Assembly: GCA_965226495.1 (NCBI GenBank)
Contig: OZ245365.1
Coordinates: 2,496,001-2,560,000, forward strand
Length of the DNA stretch: 64,000 nucleotides
Direction: 5' to 3'
From: Candidatus Marinacidobacterales bacterium
GTDB taxonomy: Bacteria; Acidobacteriota; Vicinamibacteria; Marinacidobacterales; DATDRI01
Shown in pieces: positions 40,814 to 50,524 of this stretch. Position numbers and translations under genes: made by a program. Each line of letters begins with the position of its first letter. Position 1 is the stretch's first letter. The notes beneath the pieces are model-generated. The model did no database searches. It saw nothing but the letters and a program-made list of their open reading frames with translations, and had not been told where the DNA came from.

Positions 40814-41301
40814 TAAAATCTAACAAAAAAGAAGAGAATGGGACGATGACAGGCGACGCCTGATGGCGTCCTACGACAAGCTTGAGGAGAGAGGCATTTG
40901 CATACCGATCAATGAGACCTCTTTTAAGGACACGACACGCGCCCACCCCTTGTCGGCTGCGGTGGATGCAGACATGAAGGATAGGCAATTTCGGAACCAC
41001 TGCTACAAATACATGAATCCGAAGTTCCCGCTACCGAAGCGCGGTATTCAGGCGCTCGGAGCACAGAGCAGCGAAGAAGTCTGCGCCACGGTAGGCTCGG
41101 GTGAAGTCTTGAAAGGCGGCGGTGTAATCATGCGCACGCCTACATCATCCCTACTTCTGGCAGGGCTCAATGTCATGGCACATACTCACGGAGGTGGCCA
41201 CCACCGAGTCGAGCCGATCTCCAGCACCAGATTCTCGCCGACGTCAAGATGCTGAGGCCCTACTTTCTCCACCACCGCGAACTCCTCGGTAGGGAGTGGC
41301 C

Positions 41302-43332
41302 CGAGGACTACATTACCGCGATCAAGGTAGGCGCAAAAGTCATCGTAGAATGGTGTCGGTAGCTCTCACGGAAAACCAAACAGGGTCCCGACGCTTGTTG
41401 GCCGCTTTGCGTCTCTGCCTTCGCGTATTCTTGTTGACATGTAGAAAAACTGATCTATCCTACATTGCCCAACGGCGCGGTGTTCCAGTCCACGGGTCCC
41501 CGCTAGGCCCGGCGCTCATGACGCCTGTTACTGAATTTCCTCCACTAAACGACATCAAAGCGGCTGGTTCAACCCGCCTTCGGCGCCTCGAATCAACGGC
41601 TCTCGAATCTTGTCTCGGAGGAACGTCATGAAACGCTTACGAGTATCAAAAATCGCGATCGGCCTGCTTGGCGTGTGCCTCCCCCTCGCCGCCCAAGGTA
41701 CTTCGCAAAGCGGTTACCAACAGTTGGTCACCCTCGACAAAGAGTTCCTGGAATTCGCGAAACCCAAGCAAGTCGACGGCATCCCGGACTACGGTTCCGA
41801 GGCGATGAAGGCGCAGAAGAAAGGCCTGGAAAACCTTCGGCAGCGTTTGGCGGCCATCGACGCCGACTCCTGGCCGACTAACCAAAAGGTGGACTATCTC
41901 CTGGTGTGGGCCAGGCTCAATGAGCTCGACTTCGCCCACCGCGTGATGCGACCCTGGGCCCGAGACCCGACGCTCTACCTCGACCTGGTGAACCGTTTGC
42001 CCTATATCGAGGTTCCCGTCCCGGAAGGCAAAGCGGCTCCGGCAGGTCCGAGAAAACTTCATCCGGTTATCCCGCGCATGTCGAAGACCGAGTTCCGCAA
42101 CAAGTTACAAGCGGTGCCCGAGATCATGGCCGAGGCCCAGACCAACCTGACGGTTCCCGTGGGAGAGCTCGCCCATATCACACTTTTCCATCTAGAGAAT
42201 TTCGACGGTGTGGGAGCGCGGGAGCCCTACCGCGATGAGCCGCCTGACGGCACCATCGGTTGGTATCAAGACTTGTGTGAGCGGCTCGCGCAACACCAAT
42301 CGGACCTCGTCTCCGATTGCCAAAACGCCCTCAAGGCCCTCGAAGGCTATCGGGATTGGCTCAAGGCGAAGGTCGACGAGATGCCCCAGTCGGCGGCCAT
42401 CGGAATAGACAATTTCAACTGGTACCTCAAGTACGTCCGGCTCGTACCTTTCACGGTGGACGAGTTGGAAGCGCATGGCGAGCGGGAGCTGCAGCGCTAC
42501 CGCGTCAGTTACATCATTGAGCGGAACAAGAATCGCAACTTACCCGAGCTCAAACTGACAGAGTCCAGAGAAGAGCACGAGGAGCGGACACGGAAAGCGG
42601 AGCAGAAGATTCGAGCTCTTATTGCCTGGCAGGACCTCTTGACCATCCCGGACTATATGCCCCCGGAGTTCGAAACCGACGTGTTCTGGAGCTCGAGAGC
42701 GCCGATCAAACGGCACTTCTGGGAGGAGATTCAGTTCCGGAACGCGCTCAACAACCACATCCACGCGTCCATCCCCGGACATCGTTTCGACGTAAGGCTC
42801 CGGGACCACCTCACCAGCCCCATCCGTCGTACCTATAATGACTGGAATCGCAGGCAAGGATGGGCAGTCTATCTCGAGGAGATGTTCGTACTGGCCGGTC
42901 TCACCGATGACAACCCTCGCGCCGCCGAGCTCTTCTACGCTGCTCTCATGAAACGGGCAAGCCGGATCTTCGCAGAGACGAAAATGCACAGTGGCGAGTT
43001 CACGCTGGCCGAGGCCAATCAGTTGATGATTGACTCCGTTCCCTTCATGGAAGAGGACTTAGGGCGTTACGACCTGGAGGGTTATCTACGCCGCCCCGGC
43101 GGGGGGAGCAGCTACCAGATTGGGAAAATACAAGTCGAACAATTAATGTTCGATCGGGCAACGCAGCTGGGAGATGAGTTCAATCTGAAGGCCTTCCACG
43201 ACGAATTTCTGTCCAAGGGCATCATCCCGGTAACCTTGATTCGCTGGGAAATGACCGGTTTGGACGATGAAGTAAAGCCGCTGTGGGTAGAAGCAGTTGG
43301 GCCGCAACCGTCGGAGGATTAGGCTCCGTCTA
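41302..43332 (+). repeat. Copy 2 of the 2031-bp direct duplication
   Basis: Includes the last ~60 bp of the M20 gene, the promoter region and the whole DUF885 gene. Confidence 0.95.
41628..43322 (+). CDS. DUF885 family secreted protein (copy 2)
   Basis: Translation is identical to copy 1 in the ORF track. Confidence 0.85.
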   Translation: MKRLRVSKIAIGLLGVCLPLAAQGTSQSGYQQLVTLDKEFLEFAKPKQVDGIPDYGSEAMKAQKKGLENLRQRLAAIDADSWPTNQKVDYLLVWARLNELDFAHRVMRPWARDPTLYLDLVNRLPYIEVPVPEGKAAPAGPRKLHPVIPRMSKTEFRNKLQAVPEIMAEAQTNLTVPVGELAHITLFHLENFDGVGAREPYRDEPPDGTIGWYQDLCERLAQHQSDLVSDCQNALKALEGYRDWLKAKVDEMPQSAAIGIDNFNWYLKYVRLVPFTVDELEAHGERELQRYRVSYIIERNKNRNLPELKLTESREEHEERTRKAEQKIRALIAWQDLLTIPDYMPPEFETDVFWSSRAPIKRHFWEEIQFRNALNNHIHASIPGHRFDVRLRDHLTSPIRRTYNDWNRRQGWAVYLEEMFVLAGLTDDNPRAAELFYAALMKRASRIFAETKMHSGEFTLAEANQLMIDSVPFMEEDLGRYDLEGYLRRPGGGSSYQIGKIQVEQLMFDRATQLGDEFNLKAFHDEFLSKGIIPVTLIRWEMTGLDDEVKPLWVEAVGPQPSED

Positions 43333-43370
43333 AGCTTGGGCGAATAATTCTATGACCGAAGGAGGTCATC

Positions 43371-45113
43371 ATGACTCGCATAGCAAAACCAATCATATTG
43401 GCACTAGGTATCGGGGTCTGTGTTGGATGTGGTGAAGTAGGCGAAGATACTTCCGCGCAACAGGCGGGGTTAGATTTAATCATCCACAACGCGAAAATCG
43501 TGACGGTGGACGAAAACTTCTCGATCGCTGAGGCAGTAGCTATAAAGGATGGTGTGTTCGTGGCCGTTGGAACGGACTCCGAAGTGCTCGCCATGGCTGG
43601 CCGGGAAACACGGCAGGTGGATCTAGAGGGTAGGACGATGCTGCCGGGGTTCAACGACACGCACAGTCATGTGGTGAAGATGGGCCTCAACCTTCCGGCG
43701 TCGATCGATCTCACCTCGGTGGAGTCGATAGCCGACATTGGGGAGGTCGTTGCCGAGCGCGTGGCGAAGTCGGAGCCCGGCGAGTGGATCTTTAGTGAGG
43801 GTGGCTGGTGGCAGTTCATGCTGGCCGAGGGGCGTTTGCCGAACCGCCATGACCTTGACCCGGTGTCGCCGGAAAACCCGGTCGTCCTACGAGGGGGGCA
43901 CTACTGGATCGCTAATGGCTTGGCGCTGGAGAGCCTCGGCTACACGAAAGAGACACCGAATCCTCCCGGGGGCGAGATCTGGAAAGACGACGACGGCGAG
44001 CCTACCGGGTTTCTGCTAAAAGCCGCGCGCGATCCCTTGGCACAATACGTTCCCAAGCTGACCCGAGAGGAACAGCTAGGCGGCATTCGACAGGCGCTTA
44101 GGCGGGTAAACAGCTGGGGGATAACGAGCTTTCGGGAAGCCGGGGGTACCAAGGAGCATGTCGGGATGCTGCGGGAGCTCTATGACAACGGCGAGCTGAC
44201 GGCACGAGTGGATTGGTGTTACGACGTCGACCCAAACACGCCAGAAGCGGAGCTCGACGCTCTGTTCGAGGCGCTCGGCCCCCCAAACCAGAAATGGGGT
44301 GATGGGATGTTTCGGGCCGATGGACTTGCGGAGATAGGCTTGGATGGCGCAGAGGAATCTGCGTTTCTTCGCAGTGCATACCAAGGTCGTCCAGACTTTT
44401 TTGGCGTGCAGGTCGTCTCCCAGGAACAGTTCAACCTGTTCGCGGCTGCTGCGGCTCGCCATGGCTGGCGTCCGGGCCCGCACGTGGTGGGCGATGCCGC
44501 TATCGACCAAGCGCTCGAGTCATTTGAATACGCTAATGCCGAGACCTCGATTGTCGGTAAGCGTTGGATCCTCGATCACGGCATCCTGCTGCTGCCGGAC
44601 CATTATGATCGGGTCAAACAGCTGGAGTTGATCGTCAACGCGCAACCCCGGCACAACTATATTATCGGAGATAAGTTCACCGAGTTCTGGGGTAAAGAGC
44701 GAGCTGACATGGCGTATCGCTTCAGGGATTGGATTGATAACGGCATCACTGTGGCGTTCGGAGCGGACAGGCCCATTTCTGTACGTTCAACTCCTTTGAT
44801 GCAGATCGACATAGCGGTTACGCGCCAGACAGGCTGGGGGGGCGTCCTCGGCGCGGACCAAGGGATCTCCCGCGAGGAGGCTATCCGCTTGATAACGCGC
44901 GCATCGGCTTACACCTCTTTCGAGGAGGACAAGAAGGGCTCGATCGAGCCGGGTATGTACGCGGATCTTGTCGTCTTGGCGGAGGACATTCTCACCGTTC
45001 CGGCCGAAGACATCAACGACATCGAGGTTGTGGCAACGGTGCTTGCCGGAGAAACGGTCTACGGGTCTCTCACACAGGAAAGCAAGAACACACGAACAAG
45101 CAGTCTAAGGTGA
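43371..45113 (+). CDS. Amidohydrolase_3 (YtcJ-like) lipoprotein
   Basis: Lipobox. PGFNDTHSH, GEPTGFL, HVVGDAA, RWILDH, GSIEPGMYADLVVL. Confidence 0.92.
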   Translation: MTRIAKPIILALGIGVCVGCGEVGEDTSAQQAGLDLIIHNAKIVTVDENFSIAEAVAIKDGVFVAVGTDSEVLAMAGRETRQVDLEGRTMLPGFNDTHSHVVKMGLNLPASIDLTSVESIADIGEVVAERVAKSEPGEWIFSEGGWWQFMLAEGRLPNRHDLDPVSPENPVVLRGGHYWIANGLALESLGYTKETPNPPGGEIWKDDDGEPTGFLLKAARDPLAQYVPKLTREEQLGGIRQALRRVNSWGITSFREAGGTKEHVGMLRELYDNGELTARVDWCYDVDPNTPEAELDALFEALGPPNQKWGDGMFRADGLAEIGLDGAEESAFLRSAYQGRPDFFGVQVVSQEQFNLFAAAAARHGWRPGPHVVGDAAIDQALESFEYANAETSIVGKRWILDHGILLLPDHYDRVKQLELIVNAQPRHNYIIGDKFTEFWGKERADMAYRFRDWIDNGITVAFGADRPISVRSTPLMQIDIAVTRQTGWGGVLGADQGISREEAIRLITRASAYTSFEEDKKGSIEPGMYADLVVLAEDILTVPAEDINDIEVVATVLAGETVYGSLTQESKNTRTSSLR

Positions 45114-45162
45114 CCGTGCTCAACTGGTAAGTGTCTAACGGTGTGTCGCCTGACTATCTCGG

Positions 45163-48100
45163 TCACTTGCTGCCGAGGGTTCCTCCCAGGCGTACCAGCT
45201 CTTGGTTGTGCGGCCATCGCGCGAGCCCATCCTCGAGAAACCGGCGGGCCTCGCTTTCCTCACCCGACTGCACGTAGGCCCGGACGACTCTCACACAGAC
45301 TTCGGGTGATGGAGCGAGCTCGAACGCCTTTCGCAGGAGTTGGAGGGCTTCCCGGTGGCGCCCAACTTGACTGAGGGCGGTGCCCAGATTGAGGTAAGCC
45401 TTCACGAGCTCCGGCTCATAGGATATAGCCGCCTCAAAGGACCTGATAGCTGCGGACAAGTTACCGGAGCGTGCCTCCAGCGTGCCGAGGTTGTTGTGGG
45501 CCTCGGCAAAGTAGGGGCGTAGCTCGAGGGCGCGACGATACGCATCTCGTGCCTTGGCCTGCTGCCCGAGCGCCGCCGAGGCGTAACCGAGATTGTTATG
45601 GGCGTCCGCCAACCGCGGGTTCAAAGCGACCGCTTCCTCGAACGCGCGTCCCGCCTCTTTCCATCTTTGTTGGTTGAGCATCACCGTCCCGAGGTTGTAG
45701 TGTACCTGAGCCGCCGACTGACCCTTCTCGATGGCCTGTCGATAGAGCACCTCGGCGTGGCTCCAGTAGCCGCGCTCCGCGAACGCGTTTCCGAGCGCAA
45801 AATCGTTCCGAAAGAACTCGCCCACCAAATTGATGCCGTCGAAAGGGAGCCCGAGATGCTCCCGCTCTTCGGCGGTCCGAGGGATCCGTCTCGAGTCGGT
45901 CACAATTTCATCGACCCCGACAGCGCCGCGGTAGACTTTGACGATCCTTCCTCGCTCGTCGATAAGAAAGCTCATTGGAACACCCAAGTCCGAAACGCGG
46001 TCGTAAAGATTGGAGGCCAGAACCTTATAGACCCCCACCATCTCCTCATTGGCAATGAGCAGCGGGAAGTCGAGACCGAGCTCTGCCTGGAACGCGCGCA
46101 CAGCTTGCTCCGCCGGTGGCTCATCCACCGAGACCGCCAAGAGGGTGACGCCCGACGCCTCCAGCTCCGATCTCTTGGCCTTGAAATCGAGGAGCTCACC
46201 GCGGCAAGGGGCACACCAGCTCGCCCAGAAGTTCAGTAGCACCTTGCTTCCCTCGAGACTCGCAAGGCTGTGCGAATTGCCGTCTAAGTCGTCCAACGTG
46301 AAATCAGGGGCGGGCAAAGGATCCAGAAGCCACGTTCCCCGACGGGAGGCAGGCATGGCCCTGTCGGCTTTCGGAGCCGGTGTGACTCGGGATGGCTGGA
46401 AACGCTCTCGCCTGTAGTTCTCTTCCCCTTCGACCACGTAGATGACGTGATTGGCTGGGACGGACCGTAACGTTTGCACGAATCCGTTCGTCCAACGTAT
46501 GACGACCTTTTCTATTTTCCCCAAGCCTTCGAGGCCAAAATGCAAAGCCCGGCTACTTTGGGATAAATAGCCGCTCGCCGCACTCACGGTCTTTTGTCGG
46601 GTGGCGCCGGCTGCGTGCACCTCGACGCGCACGCCGATGGCGTCACGGTTGCTCGAGCGACCCTCCAAGACGAACCTAACAGCGGCCCGCCCGTTTGCCA
46701 GGTCGTTCCGCAGAAGCCGTAGCTGAGGCGCGTTTCGACTCTTGAGTGCAATATCGATGTCACCATCTAGGTCATAGTCGAATGCGACGAACGCTCGCCC
46801 GTCTTGGGGAAAGTCGAGCCCGCTGATACCTGAGGCGTCGATGAAGGTGCCATCACCGTTGTTCAAGTAGAAACAATTGCGCTCGTGTCCGCTCCAGCTT
46901 CCGTCACCGCGGATGAGTCGATCGATCGCGCTCCAGCTTCGCTCGTAAAGCTCCACCGCTTTTCTGTCATTGGGTGAGCGCGACACGACCTGCCGCCAAA
47001 AGAAACTTCAAAGGTCCTTCGTAGAGGTATTGGTAATGTAACCGTTGACGGTATAGAGATCGTCATTCCCGTCGTTGTCGCAATCGAAAAAATCGCTACT
47101 CCAGGCCCATCGCCCGAACTCCACTCCTGCCTCCTCAGCCACCTCTTCGAACCTTTCTCCCCCTAGATTGCGAAAAAGACTGTTTCCCTTGGCATGCCGT
47201 ACGTAGCTGCTCTGTGCCTCTCCGGCGTGGTAACCCGCCTGCGCAGTTAGGCGCAGCCCAGCAGAGGACCACATGTTGCCGATATAGAGATCATCCTTGC
47301 CATCGAGATCGTAGTCCGTCCAGGCCACACTCATGCCGGCCCCGATATCCTCTACCCCCGCCTCTCGACTCATCTCGACGAAAGTGCCGCTCACGTTCCG
47401 ATACAGATTGTTACGGCCGAAATCGTTCGCCACATAAAGGTCTAGCCAGCCATCGTTGTCGAAATCACCCCAAGAAGAGGAAAAACTGAAGCGATCGTTT
47501 CCGGCCTCTAGACCCGAACCAGAGGTGACGTCTTCGAACCTGCCGTCACCCTCATTCCGGAAGAGTATGTTTGGAGGCCCATTGGTGGCATCATGATAGG
47601 GGTAAGGCAGCGCAAGTGCGGTGTCCTCTCCGGGAGCGTCGACGTATCGGTAGCAGGTGACATAGAGGTCGAGGTCGCCGTCATTGTCATAGTCTGCCAG
47701 AGATGCCGAGCTAAGAGTCGCCTTGACTCCCTCCCTTCTCTCCAACGAATTGCGTGAAGGATCGAATCTCCCTTCGCCGTCGTTCAAGAGAAGCACGACG
47801 TTCCAGTTTTGGATGACCACAAGTAGATCTTGATCGCCGTCATTATCGACGTCACCGAAGAGGCCCATGGAGGTCCGTTCTAGCATGTCGATCCCCGACG
47901 CTTGGCTGATGTCCTCAAACGTCCCGTCGCCCCGGTTGCGGTAGAGCCGGTTGGGGAGTCCTTGCGGCTGGGCCACGAAAAGATCCTCGAGTCGGTCGTT
48001 ATCGACATCCCCCACCGCGAGTCCATTGTGCCCGTAGAGATCAACTCCACTGGCAGCGTCCATCCCAGCGCGGAAGTAATCGATACCCAGCCGCATCTGT

Positions 48101-48828
48101 TCCCAGTAGGAGGCTTCCTCGGCCCAGGCGATGCTACTCACGTCGGTAAAGAAGGGCGCCGCCGAATCGCCGCCGGTGGCGGGCTCGAGCTCGAGGCGCT
48201 TCATTTTCCAGACGCCATCGGAAAGGACCCAGTCGAGTCGCCACCAACCTAAACGGGAAATGATCTCGTTCCGCGCCCCTCGCCCCACCAGGTCGTACAA
48301 GACGCGAGTCCGTGCCTGGGCCGGAGCAGCATCCGAGGGAGCTCCCAGCTCGATGCTCACGATCTTGAACTTGAGTTCAGAAAAGGAATTGAAATCTTGA
48401 ACCCAAGACAAAAATTCTGCAGGCGCCTGGGCCGCGCCCACCGAAAGCTCATCTTTGTAGCTAAACCGGTAGAGTCGAACCCCGGGTGGTGCGGCGACCG
48501 GTTCGCTCGATACCGGAGCTAAAGATGTTGTCCGAAACTCCGCCCCGACCAGCGAGGCGATCGGTTCTGGGCGACGAGCTCGTAAGGCTTCTTCGAGTAC
48601 GTGAAGTCTCTTGTCGAGTGCTTCCGTGACCACCTCGGTCGCCCACCGATCTTGTTCGGCATCCACCGCGACGAAGAGGGACTCGACTGCGGAAGGCTTA
48701 GAAACGTAACCCCGGACTGGGAAGATTTGCTGGCTGTCTTCCGATTGTGGGTACCCTTCTGAATCGAGCGTCGGATGGATTAGGAGTAACAGGGCCACAC
48801 ATACCAAACGAGGGAACGACTCGACCAT
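45163..48828 (-). CDS. Predicted selenoprotein (~1221 aa, Sec at codon 607): FG-GAP/VCBS repeats + ASPIC/UnbV + TlpA-like thioredoxin + TPR
   Basis: In-frame TGA at 47010-47008 (TKDL*SFFWRQVVSRS) followed by a SECIS-like hairpin. GDVDNDGDQDL repeats on both sides, NRDAIGVRV..SGYLSQSS..LHFGL (ASPIC/UnbV), NFWASWCAPC, AHNNLG TPRs. The domain calls are confident; readthrough is inferred. Confidence 0.8.
46980..46996 (-). promoter_or_regulatory. Bacterial SECIS element candidate
   Basis: mRNA reads UGA-AGUUUCUUUUG(11 nt)-GCGGCA-GGUCG-UGUCGC. E. coli fdhF reads UGA-11 nt-GGUUGCA-GGUC-UGCACC. Confidence 0.75.
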
Positions 48829-49085
48829 ATTGGAATCTCTGGCTCCGACCCGAAAGCGGTGTGTGCTCGCTGGCAGTATCCTATCACGGGCACACGAAAA
48901 AAAGGGCCTCGCGATGGGGATCCCCCCCTGCGATGCCATCGGACGGAGATTGACTTCCCCCGGCTACGGCAGCATAGTGTCGGCGCACCGGGCCGGCGCA
49001 TCCGTAATTCTCCACCATCCTCCTCGGTCACACAGTCCCCCGGCAAAGGGCGCCCATCCCCGGTAAGCCGTTGTGGAGTCATATC

Positions 49086-50501
49086 ATGTCTAGACAGAGC
49101 TCAACTCAAAGATTGCTGTCCCTCTCCGTGATCCTGGTCGGATGGTTCGTGCTATCGGGCCATGCGCCCCAAGCGGAAGAACCGGTACTCGTGATTCGCG
49201 GAGCGACCCTTATCGATGGAACCGGGGGGGCTCCCCTTCCCGACTCGTCGGTCATCGTCCGAGGCAATACTATTGAGGCGGTCGCCTCGGTCGGCCCGGC
49301 GCCTCCCCCAGCGAACGCAACCGTTATCGATGCGCGGGGGAAATATCTATTACCCGGGATCATTGATTCCCATTCGCACATCGACAAACCAAACGGTGTC
49401 GGGTTGACGGATGAGCAAAAGGCGATCGTCCAAGACCACAATCTGAAGGCCTATTTATATAGCGGCATCACGACGGCGGTGACCCTCGCGGCGACCGATC
49501 GCGAGTGGATGTTGGAGCAACGGCGCTTGGCTCGAGACCATGAAATCGTCTCGCCTCGTCTGCTTACCGGTCTGGTCCGGTTTACCGCCCCGGATGGTTG
49601 GGCCGGTCGAAGCGGGCAGCCGGTCGCGTCCAAAGCAGACGTCGACCACATATTCCAGGACTCGATCGACAATCATGCCGACCTCGTCTTTGCCATCTAT
49701 GACGATGGGGTGGGTGCCGCCAAGATCTATCCGCGTTTGGACCCGCTGTTGCTTGGGCGTGTGGCCGACCTGTCGAGAGAGCACAAGTTGCCGCTCTACA
49801 TTCATGCCGTGGACATCGAGGAGTACCGTGTCTCCGTCGCCGTCGGCCCACGCGCCATCGTCCTCGCGTTAGAGGACCCCATCGCCGAGGACGACCCGCT
49901 CCTTCAGGAGATGGTCTCGAAGAACGTGTTCTTGGTGCCGAGCATAGTGAATTTCGAATCGTTTTATCGGGTGACCGACAATCCCGCGCTTCTCGATGAG
50001 CCTGTCCTGAATCAGACATTCCCCGACTATTTGATCGCGAGTGTGCGCGATCCGGACAACATCGAGGCCGCGGTCGCCCGGCTAGAGGGCGTCCTCCAAA
50101 CCGACGCCCTGGAGTGGGCCCGGCAAGCGGTTCCCATCATGAAAGAGAACACGAAGAAATTCTTCGACGCCGGTGTCATCATCGCGGTCGGCGCGGATTC
50201 GGGTGGTGCGGTCGTTCACAATTTCCAGGGCTATAACCTCATCCGCGAGTTCGAGCTTCTTGTTGAGTGCGGACTCACCCCCATGGATGCGATTGTTGCG
50301 GGGACCAAGAACGGGGCGATGATGATTGGAATGGACGACCGGCTCGGAACCATCGAGCCCGGGAAATTGGCCGATATGATCCTGCTGGACGAGGATCCCC
50401 TGGAGAACATTAGTAATCTGCGAACCGTCGATCGAGTGATTCTGAACGGCAAGGTTATGAAACGTGACGAGCTCCGCTACGGCGATAAGCCGGAGTCATG
50501 A
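49086..50501 (+). CDS. Secreted amidohydrolase family protein
   Basis: PGIIDSHSH, YIHA, GADSG, GTIEPGKLADMILLDEDPL. Confidence 0.9.
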   Translation: MSRQSSTQRLLSLSVILVGWFVLSGHAPQAEEPVLVIRGATLIDGTGGAPLPDSSVIVRGNTIEAVASVGPAPPPANATVIDARGKYLLPGIIDSHSHIDKPNGVGLTDEQKAIVQDHNLKAYLYSGITTAVTLAATDREWMLEQRRLARDHEIVSPRLLTGLVRFTAPDGWAGRSGQPVASKADVDHIFQDSIDNHADLVFAIYDDGVGAAKIYPRLDPLLLGRVADLSREHKLPLYIHAVDIEEYRVSVAVGPRAIVLALEDPIAEDDPLLQEMVSKNVFLVPSIVNFESFYRVTDNPALLDEPVLNQTFPDYLIASVRDPDNIEAAVARLEGVLQTDALEWARQAVPIMKENTKKFFDAGVIIAVGADSGGAVVHNFQGYNLIREFELLVECGLTPMDAIVAGTKNGAMMIGMDDRLGTIEPGKLADMILLDEDPLENISNLRTVDRVILNGKVMKRDELRYGDKPES

Positions 50502-50524
50502 GTCCGTTGACTAGGAGAGTGCTT

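Noticed and set aside
40863-41255. 130-aa ORF between the M23 gene and the second duplicate
   Set aside because: No recognisable motif or convincing RBS; probably junction debris.
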